Assembly (NCBI GenBank): GCA_964016885.1
Contig: OZ024740.1
Span: 66,712,001 to 66,776,000, forward strand
Reading direction: 5' to 3'
DNA: 64,000 nucleotides
From: Eledone cirrhosa
Taxonomy: Eukaryota
Shown here: piece after piece, positions 12,521 through 24,915 of the stretch
How the letters are laid out: the number at the start of each line of letters is the position of its first letter
Position numbering within the stretch: the stretch's first letter is position 1
Translations under genes and position numbers: made by a program
The notes under the pieces: model-generated
The model's database searches: none
The model's input: the letters and a program-made list of their open reading frames with translations, nothing else
Told to the model about the DNA's origin: nothing

Positions 12521-13630
12521 GCTAGAAAAATGCGTACAGCAAAAAAAAGTAATATTGTTGGAACAAACCTTTAAAAATACAGGACAAGGAAGTAAGATAA
12601 ACCTTTAAAAATACAGGACAAAGAACTAAGATAAAACTTTAAAAGAATAGGACAAGGAATATAAATTTTTACAATAATATTAGTGGCAAAAATTTTATTG
12701 GAAAAAAATTGAGTTTCCATCATTACACCAATTACAACTATGATGTTCCGCATGCATCCACTCCAACCATGATCACTTGTCTGTCATCTTTCCCGGTCCA
12801 ACTCCTCGCGGATGACCCGGCGCAACTCGGACTGGGTCGGAGCAGGAACTGGAGGGGGAGAGGGAGGGGTACGGGTCTTGACTCTGGGACGATGACGGCG
12901 AGTGACCAAGGTGAATGGGCCCGTGTTCGACTCGGAATCCTGCTGGTCCTCGATGACACTTTGAGGCACGGTTGACGGTTCCGGACTGGCTTCATGGGCA
13001 GTGGTAGAAGGGCAGGTGGATAGGGCAGAGTGCTTCTTCCTGGGAGAGCACTTGAAGCAGGTGAAGCCGGCGCCGGACTCGTTGAACCACTTCCAGACAG
13101 CACTGGGCATGTTGGCGCAGCAATGATGAAAGTTGAAGCAGGCGACGAGGGGGGAGGAGGTGGAGGCGTTGGTGCAGGAGCAACAGACTGCTGATTTGGG
13201 AGTCATTGTAGCTGGGGGATGCAGGCGCTGAGGGGGCTCGAGTAGAAGGGAAGAACAGAAATGAACCATGATGACTTTTCCTACATTTTTCCTGGCCCAC
13301 TTCCTCATGAACCAATGAACCAGTTGGTACAACTCGGACTTGGAGGAGGAACACAAGACAGGGATCAATTTCATTGTATTGATATTTCTCATTAAGTAAT
13401 TTCATGTTACTCAAATAAATCACTTTTATTTGATCAATTATCTATTTTTCCAATAAAATTTTTGCCACTAATATTATTGTAAAAATTTATATTCCTTGTC
13501 CTATTCTTTTAAAGTTTTATCTTAGTTCTTTGTCCTGTATTTTTAAAGGTTTATCTTACTTCCTTGTCCTGTATTTTTAAAGGTTTGTTCCAACAATATT
13601 ACTTTTTTTTGCTGTACGCATTTTTCTAGC
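12521..13630. mobile_element. Non-autonomous element with 186-bp terminal inverted repeats, TA on both sides, carrying a LINE ORF1-like fragment
   Basis: 12521-12706 is the reverse complement of 13445-13630 (no mismatch seen by eye); TIRs contain ~31-bp tandem repeats. Confidence 0.8.
12740..13206 (-). pseudogene. L2/CR1-group LINE ORF1 N-terminus (PHD-finger-like + coiled coil)
   Basis: MTPKSAVCCSC..LVACFNFHHCCANM..FTCFKC..ELRRVIREELDRER*QVIMVGV; GC-rich island. Confidence 0.65.
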
Positions 13631-14284
13631 TAGTTTCCTATTTTTCAAGGCAATGCAAACAACAACTACTTAATTAAATAGTTATTACTTTAGTTACTTC
13701 TATCAAAAAATCCCCAAAATGATGTTAATGAAAACTATAGGTGAAAGTGAAGCTATTCTTTTGTGACCTCTTAGTTACTTGTACCAATTTTGAATTTAAT
13801 TCAAGCTACAGTGTCAGCCTGTGCATTGGAGTCACAGAAATAAGTTGAGATATTTTATCTAATTGGTACAAGCATCCACTCCACATGGCGGGGACATAGG
13901 TCAGATCGTGGAGCACTCACCTATCTTAAAAATATTAACTTATGATAAATAAGAGTCATTTAAGAAAATACAATTTTTTTAAATTAGTAGGTGAGCATTA
14001 ACAACTGAATCTAAATGGAGCAAATTTGCACCATTTGCATTTAGTTGAAAATAACATTTTAATTAAACATTACAAATTCTAATGCAATAGAAGGCAAATA
14101 TCAATTTTCACATGCAAATTTTTTTGGGATTTTTTTCACGCGCGCCATTTTTGGTCGATTTTTTGTCAATTTTTCACATGCAAATTTTTTTGGGTTTTTT
14201 TGATTTTTTTTCACGCGCGCCATTTTTGTCGATTTTTTGTCAATTTTTCACATGATAATTTTTTTTTGGATTTTTGGATTTTCT

Positions 14285-14947
14285 TCACGCACGCCATTTT
14301 TGTCGATTTTTTGTCAATTTTTCACATGATAATTTTTTTTGGATTTTTGTATTTTCTTCACGCGCTTTTTGGTATGCATTATTCATATGTTTTGCTTGTT
14401 CTGATTGTCTTTTTTCTTTTATTTCAGCAGCTTTCCGTTTTTTATACTCCCTATTCCTAATGGCATTTTTTCTCCGTTTTTCATTCTCTTTATGAATTTT
14501 TTGATCTTTGGGACATTCGGAAGCACTATCAGTCTCATTGAATTCAAATTCAGGTCCAAGATTTAATTCAACACAACCGATAATAAGCAATGATAAGATC
14601 AGTGCACGTGTTCTATATTTCTGATTGGAAATCGGGTAAATTCGTTTATTGGATTTGTAAAAAGCCGCCTGAATGTGAATTTCATCATTCGAATTGCCCG
14701 ATTGTGGAATTGTTTCATTCGAAATGGAAATATTGCATTTTCGCGCCAGGCAAAAAAGTAATAAGCCGATCAAAAAGCCGCGAAACGTATATGGTGACTT
14801 TTTTCGAAAGCCGCGAAACGTATGAAGTGACCTTTTGCGATTTTTTTTGCGACCATTTTGGCGAGACTTTTGCAGGGAAACAAATTTTTCATTTGTAATA
14901 GTCAAAATAAATAAGCCGATAAAAAAGCCGAGAGACGTCATTTTCAT
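14285..14947 (-). pseudogene. Transposon-derived ORF fragment with 2A-like motif followed by K/R/E-rich coil (possibly Helitron/Helentron N-terminus)
   Basis: ALILSLLIIGCVELNLGP then RRKNAIRNREYKKRKAAEIKEKRQ; runs into ~75-bp tandem repeats at 14100-14370. Confidence 0.45.
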
Positions 14948-15272
14948 ATGTCAAATGAGCACACTATTCGCACCTATCGCAAATGAGTTCACTACTCGCA
15001 CCTATCGGTACAAAAAATAGCACAACTATTCACAACTATTAGTACAAATCCAAATGATTTTCTGAATTTCTAGTATATCAATCAGCGACTGCTTTGAAAG
15101 AGAACAATGCAGTGAGTGATTACTCATTTGAATATAAATAGATGACAACCTCAACTAGTTTGCAACGTGTGACCACTTATCGCGAGATAGGAGAACATAA
15201 TAGCTCCTAATTAGCTCAATGATTAATGTTTACTGCCACATTGTATCAACATTTAAAATTCAAATTCAAAAA

Positions 15273-16075
15273 AATAACCGCAGTCCTGGGGGGGGGGGGT
15301 TCAAATAACCACCGCACCCCGAATAACCGCAGTCACTAGGGGGGGTTCGAATAAGACCCTCACCCCAAATAACAGCAGTCACTGGGGGAGGGTTCGAATA
15401 AGCGCCTCACCCCGAATAATCGCAGTCACTGTGGGGGGGGGGTTCGAATAAGCGCCGCACCCCGAATAACCGCAGTCACTGTGGGGGGGGGGGTCGAATA
15501 AGCGCCTCACCCCGAATAATCGCAGTCACTGGGGGAGGGTTCGAATAAGCGCCGCACCCCGAATAACCGCAGTCACTGGGGGGAGGGTTCGAATAAGCGC
15601 CGCACCCCGAATAATCGCAGTCACTGGGGGGAGGGTTCGAATAAGCGCCTCACCCCGAATAATCGCAGTCACTGTGGGGGGGGGGTTCGAATAAGCGCCG
15701 CACCCCGAATAACCGCAGTCACTGTGTGTGGGGGGGGGGGTCGAATAAGCGCCTCACCCCGAATAATCGCAGTCACTGGGGGAGGGTTCGAATAAGCGCC
15801 GCACCCCGAATAACCGCAGTCACTGGGGGGAGGGTTCGAATAAGCGCCGCACCCCGAATAATCGCAGTCACTGGGGGGAGGGTTCGAATAAGCGCCGCAC
15901 CCCGAATAACCGCAGTCACTGGGGGGAGGGTTCGAATAAGCGCCGCACCCCGAATAATCGCAGTCACTGGGGGGAGGGTTCGAATAAGCGGGGGGGGGGT
16001 TCGAATAAGCGTCTCACCCCGAATAATCGCAGTCACTGGGGGAGGGTTCGAATAAGCGCCTCACCCCGAATAACC
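15273..16075. repeat. 48-bp GC-rich minisatellite, ~16 copies
   Basis: Unit cgaataagcgccgcacccc-gaataaccgcagtcactggggggagggtt; gives the RVRISAAPRITAVTGG pseudo-ORF. Confidence 0.95.
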
Positions 16076-16111
16076 CCTTATCCTCCTCTGACCGGTCCCA
16101 AGAGATGCATC

Positions 16112-16503
16112 AAATGCACAGAGCGTCACCCTTACTCACTCACTTACTCACTTGAACACAGTTTCTTTCAGCAAACTTTGATCATAACTTTTTTTGTGCT
16201 GAACGAAATTTCGAGATTTTTAGCTTATTAAGAGATGTGCAATGATTTACTCTCCATGCTCATATAACTTTCATGTGATTTTGATAATCGGAAGACATTC
16301 TAATAATGCTGTAAAGAGACGATTGCCAACGAAATCACTAAGACAACAATATTACTAAACTAAACCGACTACCGTCGGTTTAGGATATATATATATATAT
16401 ATACAAATGAAAAAATTAATATGTTGCGTACATATCTAAAATCTAATTTGCAAACAAAATGTTCACTTGCATACTATATTGGATATATACCAGATGTAAT
16501 CTC

Positions 16504-16546
<43 letters not shown>

Positions 16547-17200
16547 CGTTCATACAAACATACAAGTATAATCATATTTATGAAGGTTATATGCATTTAT
16601 ACATAGACATTATACATACTTATTTAATAATACCAACACCAGAACCAAACATTTCTTAATAAAACAACAATAATCATTTATTTCTTGATATTTACACGAA
16701 GAAGAAGAAGAAGAAGAAGAAGAAGAAAATGATGATGAGGGAGGGGGGGGGGGAGAAAGAGGAACAAAACAAGTGGAGGAGGAGGGGGATTATTGGAGTC
16801 GGAAGAAGAGAAAATGCACAGAGCGTCACCCTTACTCACTCACTTACTCACTTGAACACAGTTTTTTTCAGCAAACTTTGATCATAACTTTTTTTGTGCT
16901 GAACGAAATTTCGAGATTTTTAGCTTAAGAGATGTGCAATGATTTACTCTCCATGCTCATATAACTTTCATGTGATTTTGATAATCGGAAGACATTCTAA
17001 TAATGCTGTAAAGAGACGATTGCCAACGAAATCACTAAGACAACAATATTACTAAACTAAACCGACTACCGTCGGTTTAGGATATATATATATATATATA
17101 CAAATGAAAAAATTAATATGTTGCGTACATATCTAAAATCTAATTTGCAAACAAAATGTTCACTTGCATACTATATTGGATATATACCAGATGTAATCTC

Positions 17201-17282
<82 letters not shown>

Positions 17283-18273
17283 GTTCATACAAACATACAA
17301 GTATAATCATATTTATGAAGGTTATATGCATTTATACATAGACATTATACATACTTATTTAATAATACCAACACCAGAAACAAACATTTCTTAATAAAAC
17401 AACAATAATCATTTATTTCTTGATATTTACACGAAGAAGAAGAAGAAGAAGAAGAAGAAGAAGAAAATGATGATGAGGGAGGGGGGGGGGGGGAGAAAGA
17501 GGAACAAAACAAGTGGAGGAGGAGGGGGATTATTGGAGTCGGAAGAAGAGAAAATGCACAGAGCGTCACCCTTACTCACTCACTTACTCACTTGAACACA
17601 GTTTTTTTCAGCAAACTTTGATCATAACTTTTTTTGTGCTGAACGAAATTTCGAGATTTTTAGCTTAAGAGATGTGCAATGATTTACTCTCCATGCTCAT
17701 ATAACTTTCATGTGATTTTGATAATCGGAAGACATTCTAATAATGCTGTAAAGAGACGATTGCCAACGAAATCACTAAGACAACAATATTACTAACTAAT
17801 ACTTATTTAATAATACCAACACCAGAACCAAACATTTCTTAATAAAACAACAATAATCATTTATTTCTTGATATTTACACGAAGAAGAAGAAGAAGAAGA
17901 AGAAGAAGAAGAAGAAGAAAATGATGATGAGGGAGGGGGGGGAGAAAGAGGAACAAAACAAGTGGAGGAGGAGGGGGATTATTGGAGTCGGAAGAAGAGA
18001 AAATGCACAGAGCGTCACCCTTACTCACTCACTTACTCACTTGAACACAGTTTTTTTCAGCAAACTTTGATCATAACTTTTTTTGTGCTGAACGAAATTT
18101 CGAGATTTTTAGCTTAAGAGATGTGCAATGATTTACTCTCCATGCTCATATAACTTTCATGTGATTTTGATAATCGGAAGACATTCTAATAATGCTGTAA
18201 AGAGACGATTGCCAACGAAATCACTAAGACAACAATATTACTATTATTACTAAACCGACTACCGTCGGTTTAG
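16112..18273 (+). mobile_element. Tandem array of a ~465-bp DINE/HINE-like (Helentron-associated) element
   Basis: Repeats start at ~16112, 16812, 17532, 18001; internal (GAA)n and (ACTC)n; 3' hairpin CTAAACCGAC-TACC-GTCGGTTTAG at 16360, 17057, 18250. Confidence 0.7.
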
Positions 18274-18937
18274 GATATGTTTGTAAACTTGCTTGATAGG
18301 TAAAAATGATTTTGATTTTTGAATTTTGTAACAAAATATTGAATATATATATTTATTGAAATAACCTTCTGATTAATATAGAAAATATTTTTATATTCTT
18401 TAATTCTGATATAATATATTAATATAATTAGCTCAAACTTAACCAAATACAAAATATATTAAAAATGTCACGGTATTTAATTGGTCGCTTCTATTTGACT
18501 TAAAATTTGAAAACAACGGTCACGTATCATTTCCCTTTCTTCTTTCTTTCTTTCTTTTATTATTTCCCTTTTGCAGTTACGTCTTCCCTCTTCTCTCTTC
18601 TGTCACTCTCTGTCCTTCTTCTATATTCTCTTCTTTTTTCTCTCTTCTTTCTTCTCTTCTGTCTATCTCTCTCTCTTCCTTTTCTTCCCTAACACGGATA
18701 TTTACGCATTTAAATACGTAAATATTTATGTACGTATGTGTTTATTTATTTATTCTTACATTTTCCCATACTCGCTCCCTCCTTATACTTATATCTCGCT
18801 CCACATCATCTTCTTCATTATATTTAAATTTATCATGTTATTATTTGTGGTATATAAATATTGAGATTTGTTGTAATAAATCACTACCAATACTGGAATT
18901 GAACCATCAATAAGGTATGTCTTAATCAATTCACATA

Positions 18938-18999
18938 TTTTACCTGATGAGGACGTACTGAAAAAACAGCACAGTACCTTCGAAATATATATAATAAAA
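18938..18999 (+). ncRNA. Minimal type-I hammerhead ribozyme in solo pLTR-like module
   Basis: TTTTAC-CTGATGA-GGACGTACTG..CAGTACCTTC-GAAA-TATATA-TA-ATAAAA, upstream of (TA)n. Confidence 0.8.
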
Positions 19000-19125
19000 C
19001 ATATATTTTCATTATATGATCGTTTTCATTTATTAATATTTTGAATAATATTATATATATATACATATAAAAATATATATATATGTATATATATAATGTA
19101 TATATATATGTATATATATATGTAC

Positions 19126-19191
<66 letters not shown>

Positions 19192-19442
19192 ATATATATA
19201 TATTTATATATATATATATATACATATATATATACATATATATATACATATATATATACATATATATATATACATATATATATATACATATATATATGTA
19301 TATATATATGTATATATATATATGTATATATATGTGTATATATATATGTATATATACATATACATATATATATATATATACATAGATATATACATATATA
19401 TATACATACATATATATATACATATATATATACATATATATG

Positions 19443-19501
<59 letters not shown>

Positions 19502-19506
19502 TTATA

Positions 19507-19538
<32 letters not shown>

Positions 19539-19551
19539 GATATATATATAC

Positions 19552-19592
<41 letters not shown>

Positions 19593-19594
19593 CG

Positions 19595-19650
<56 letters not shown>

Positions 19651-19663
19651 CATAGATATATAC

Positions 19664-19696
<33 letters not shown>

Positions 19697-19728
19697 CATA
19701 TATATACATATATATGTAAATATATATA

Positions 19729-19814
<86 letters not shown>

Positions 19815-20018
19815 CATATATATTTATTTAGGTTTGTTGTTTCACCACTGGATAGAACTGGTTATTCCGTATGGTCAACCTCGATGTAGTATTAGGGAGA
19901 GTACTCGACGTCCTGCAACTCACCCGTCTTCGTTTCTGTTGTTGGTGGTGCGAGTACGGAGTTAATCATTATAACATAACAGGAGGCTGAACTGGTGTAA
20001 TTCCTTAAAAGGTTTATT

Positions 20019-20076
20019 ATACTATGATCATTTCAGTGACCCGGTTCAGCATGAATCCGGTGACATCATCAAGTAT
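20019..20076 (-). ncRNA. Minimal type-I hammerhead ribozyme
   Basis: Minus: ATAC-TTGATGA-TGTCACCGGATTCATGCTGAACCGGGTCACT-GAAA-TGATCA-TA-GTAT then AATAAA. Confidence 0.8.
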
Positions 20077-20200
20077 TCGAAATTTAACAAACGAATACAA
20101 TAGACAAAATCCATGGGGCTGAAATGCAGAGACATGCGTGCAGCGAACATTTAGCACCTTCTAGCCCGGTCAGCCACTCTTAATACATATATACATATAT

Positions 20201-20297
<97 letters not shown>

Positions 20298-20298
20298 C

Positions 20299-20352
<54 letters not shown>

Positions 20353-20356
20353 ATAC

Positions 20357-20489
<133 letters not shown>

Positions 20490-20756
20490 AAAGTTCTATT
20501 TAAATTGTTGGGATACAACAAGTAAATATTTTTATAACTGATATAAAGCACTCGACAAGTATTTGGAGTCGATATACGATATTAATAAATGGAAACTATA
20601 TTTTTTTTCTCTTTCTCTCCGTCTTTTTCTAATTGTCCTTACCACTAAGACTTATTAAAATAATATAAACAATTCACTATCCAGATGGCCTCCAAAAATA
20701 ATGGTCGCATTTTAAAAAGGTACGTCAAAGCTTATTTGTAAAACTGTTATATATTG

Positions 20757-20821
20757 TATTTTGTCTGATGAAGGCATACCATAATTTAATTTGGTATCCC
20801 TGAAATATGTATAATGAAATA
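20757..20821 (+). ncRNA. Minimal type-I hammerhead ribozyme
   Basis: TATTTTGT-CTGATGA-AGGCATACCA..TGGTATCCCT-GAAA-TATGTA-TA-ATGAAATA; same family as 54337/54543. Confidence 0.85.
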
Positions 20822-20861
20822 AATATGGTTTTATAAATATAGTTTCCATTTATTAATATCG

Positions 20862-21014
<153 letters not shown>

Positions 21015-21017
21015 TTA

Positions 21018-21053
<36 letters not shown>

Positions 21054-21737
21054 AATGTATGCATGAATGCTTTGATGATTGTCTAAGGAAAGAAGCTTGA
21101 CAGAATGTTTGTCTGTTATAGAATGAAAAACAAACAAAAAAGAAAGAAAACAGACAATATTTACATGTGTTTCATATTCACATGCATTTATTTTGTTAAC
21201 TAAAGCCCCTTTTTGATTAAATATATTTTAAATAATACGTTCACTAATGAATCTCCAACTTCATCAGATCATCAAATATAGTCACATATCGAATATATAT
21301 TGAAACTGCCTCGGTTCAAGCAACGATTTTCCAGTTGTTTTACAAAATGAACATATCGGTAGTGTATTTAGCATGAATATGGCTAACTGTTTCATAGACA
21401 TGCGTAATCTTAACGTAACTTTCAGGGAGATTTAGCCTGAGACAGTGTCTAACAACAATGTTTTATATTCACAGTTACACTCAATTTTAGCCCCGGAGTG
21501 AATTGAAACACCATCAAATCTTGCTTCCTGATGGTGACAAGTGCTATTGTCAATGAACTTGAGCCGAACCCTAGCCTCTACGAATTACACTTTCCCTTCA
21601 TATCGATTGTGCTAATGTAATGAAGCTCGGACAAAGGAGGAACGATAGATACTCTAGCTCGACCTACTAGGAATACTGGCCTTGTTGTCCCTCACATTAC
21701 ACATTGTCTTATGAAATAAAATTTTGTGGAGGCGATG

Positions 21738-21785
21738 ATGGTGGTGGTGGTGGTGGTGGTAGTAGTAATTGTAGTAGTAGTAGTT

Positions 21786-21816
<31 letters not shown>

Positions 21817-21827
21817 TAGTAGTAGTG

Positions 21828-21876
<49 letters not shown>

Positions 21877-21877
21877 A
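21738..21877. repeat. (GGT)n/(TAG)n trinucleotide microsatellite
   Basis: Directly visible. Confidence 0.97.
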
Positions 21878-21929
21878 ATTTGATGTTGTTGTTATTATTG
21901 TTGTAGTGGGGTGCAAACGGGTGTAAAGG

Positions 21930-22550
21930 ACGAGGCTCAGGCGGTAATAGATGACGGAAGCGCTGTACGCGTTGACGACCACCACACAACCTTTCAGGGA
22001 TAGCTACTTTCAGGACCATTTCTGTGTGTGAGTGTCCACCCTGCTCGTTACCTCGGCCCAGTTCTTATCCATACTTTTGCATTGAATGGACGAGCTAGCA
22101 ACCGTGTCGGTCCATCAGAGATCGAATTTTGGTTTTATTGCCACGCTGCGCTTTTGTCCTTCGTAGAAAGTCTCCTCGAATTCTGCAAAAAATCCGAGGT
22201 ACCAAAACGGTCGGAACATTCACGCCCACAAGTCTAAAGGCACCACTTTCGATATTGTTTGCATCCAGAACAAATAACTTACCTTCCGGATCCAAGAATG
22301 ATAACCACACCTCGAGACTCAGCTCTTTCCTAAACAACATTACCACACCACCTCGCCTTCCAGATCGACTAAGTACCGCAGAGATCCCATAGTCATTAAA
22401 AGTTGGGTCTAGTGTATGTGTGTAAGAAATCGTTGTCACACTGACGGCAACCACATCCATATCTAGTTACCTGAAGTCATTTAGCAAGCAGCATTGTTTT
22501 CATGACGAATCCAGGCCACACATATGTGTATTTTCCCTTATAATACCCAT
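21930..22550 (-). mobile_element. Decayed Tx1/L1-type LINE, apurinic endonuclease fragment (probable ORF1 remnant upstream to ~23490)
   Basis: DVVAVS..SRSGRRGGVVMLFRKEL..DPEGKLFVLD..FRLVGVNVPT resembles the APE domain of L1/Tx1 ORF2. Confidence 0.7.
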
Positions 22551-23749
22551 GTGAACTGCTTAGTTTAAGAGAAAAAAAAGGTCCCCATTCCCGCCCACGG
22601 CTGCTGGGGATCGGGTGGTTTAACATCCATATGTGTTGGGGCTCCCTTTAGGAATCTGTGAAAAAGTCTACACGTTGCTCATATATTAGGTAGCCTCCGT
22701 CATTCGGGAAGTTTTCCCTAATAGCTTTGAAGTCACCTAGTTACATTCGTACCATCTTTAAATGTCTAAGCACTTGAAATGTGTTTGTGCCAAAAATCGC
22801 CTTCTCAATCTCTGGTTCATGTTATGAGGGCCATCAGTTCTTTGTTGGCCCTTTGTTGATTGTGAGTTTTGCATTTCCTAGAGAGGGTGTTAGTGTCTGG
22901 CAGGGAGTGTTGGCTGAATTGTTGCATGTGTGTCGTTTTTTAGCATTTGGGGTTTGTGTGATTTCTCTTCTCCTTCACTGAGAGAAGAGGAGGTGCATGT
23001 ATCCGATAATGGTAGGAGTGCAAGTATGATTGTGGCTTTGTGTATGTGTGTGTGTTTTGAGCAGATACACAGAGAGGGAGGGGAAGAATAAGATTTTCCC
23101 TGACGGAGTCCCTGTGTGGTTTTATTAGAATAGTGGTGGTGGTTCTGTTGCTGCTGTTGGTGATGTTCTTGGCTTGGTGCAATCATTATAGTTGTTTTTG
23201 TTGTTGCTGTTGCTGTTGCTGCTGCTGTTGTTGTTTATGTGGTTGCTTTTGCTGTAGCTGCAGCCTTTGGGTTTAGTGTTGACGTTGATGTTGGTGCCGG
23301 GTTTGGTGCCGAAGTTGTTTGCTGTTGTTTTTGCAATTTTAAAACCCTGGTTTTGGCAGAAGTAGGGCTTTCTGCTTCTCTGTCGGGTGTTGAAATCAAA
23401 AATCTCACAAGTGGCCAGTTTCCCCATACAGATAACGACGGTTTCCTCTTCACCTACCCCTCCTTCGTCTTTCCCTTCCTTCTTTCCCATAATCCTGTTA
23501 TTACTACCACACCTATCCTCCTTCTTTCTTCTTCTTCTTCTTATTATTATTATTCTTATTATTATTATTCTCTTCGACCCCCCCCCCCCCCCTCTACTAC
23601 TACCACTACTACCACTATAACAAGCGGACTTCTATTTCAAACCAGAAAGGTTGAGAGAAAGAGAGGAGAGAAAATAATAGGCGAAATTGTGAACTCATTT
23701 ATATATATACCTGTATGTAAACCATGTTGTCTTATACCATATATATATA

Positions 23750-24047
23750 TCCCGCCAAGGTTAACTTTGCCTTTCATCCTTACGGGGTCGATAAAATAAA
23801 CTACCAGTAATAAACTGGGTAATTTGCTGGCCTTGTGCCAAAAGTAGAAACAATTATTAATATGACTTGGCAGTATCGGTAGAGGGTTGGACGCCATGCT
23901 TTCTACCATAGTTACATCCCTTTACAGTCTGAATTCAAATCCTGCTGAGGTTAACTTTGCCTTTCATCCTTACTGTGTCGATAAAATATAGTACCAGTAA
24001 TGTACTGGTTAATTGCTGGCCTTGTGCTTAAAGTAGAAACAATTATT
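23750..24047 (+). mobile_element. Two head-to-tail tRNA-derived Meta-domain (MESC) SINE copies
   Basis: A box tggcagtatcgg, B-box-like gaattcaaatcc, core aactttgcctttcatccttacggggtcgataaaata. Confidence 0.8.
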
Positions 24048-24275
24048 AATATACACCTTATCCCCATTATAAATTGTATCATACATTTCTGTAACATGAA
24101 GAACCTATATATTCTGGCTGAAACCAGTACGATAAATTCCTCTTTTGTAAATAAATGCTTTGCTGTTATTCTATGAGAAAATTGCATTCGCATGTTCTAC
24201 TATTTTTCTTATTTTATCGACTCGTGTGTCACTTCTCAACATTCCATATATATATACACACACACACACACACAC

Positions 24276-24336
<61 letters not shown>

Positions 24337-24761
24337 GCCAGTACATTAAATCACCATGAATTATTTAACAGATGTAAAGAGAGACAAGAATTGTTCCACA
24401 ACGACTAAATTCGCAAACCTCAGCAAATAATAATGATTTATGAAACAGATACGGAACTAAAGAAAAAAGAACATTTTCATAATAATATATTATCATTTGC
24501 TCTCAGCAGTTTGCTACAATCTGACTGTGTTTATTATTAGATCAGATATTGAACGGAAAGGTTCATTTTATTTCAAGATTCTTAATTGCAGTCTATCACA
24601 GCATGTATATATTTAAACTTAAAACTATACGAAGTTTTCTGTGTTAATATTTTTAATTTATCATTTTGATTGGAATCAAATGTTATAAACATATTTACTG
24701 TTATTACTCATCTAGCCATGACATCAACATATATATTTATATATACACATATATATATATT

Positions 24762-24850
<89 letters not shown>

Positions 24851-24866
24851 ACACACACACACACAC

Positions 24867-24915
<49 letters not shown>

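Noticed and set aside
15273-16075. CRISPR-like regular repeat and repeat-peptide ORFs
   Set aside because: No unique spacers, no cas genes, eukaryotic context; plain minisatellite
21654-22019. Poly-Y/T/V ORFs, and poly-N/Q ORFs at 22890-23799
   Set aside because: Trinucleotide repeats within decayed LINE sequence
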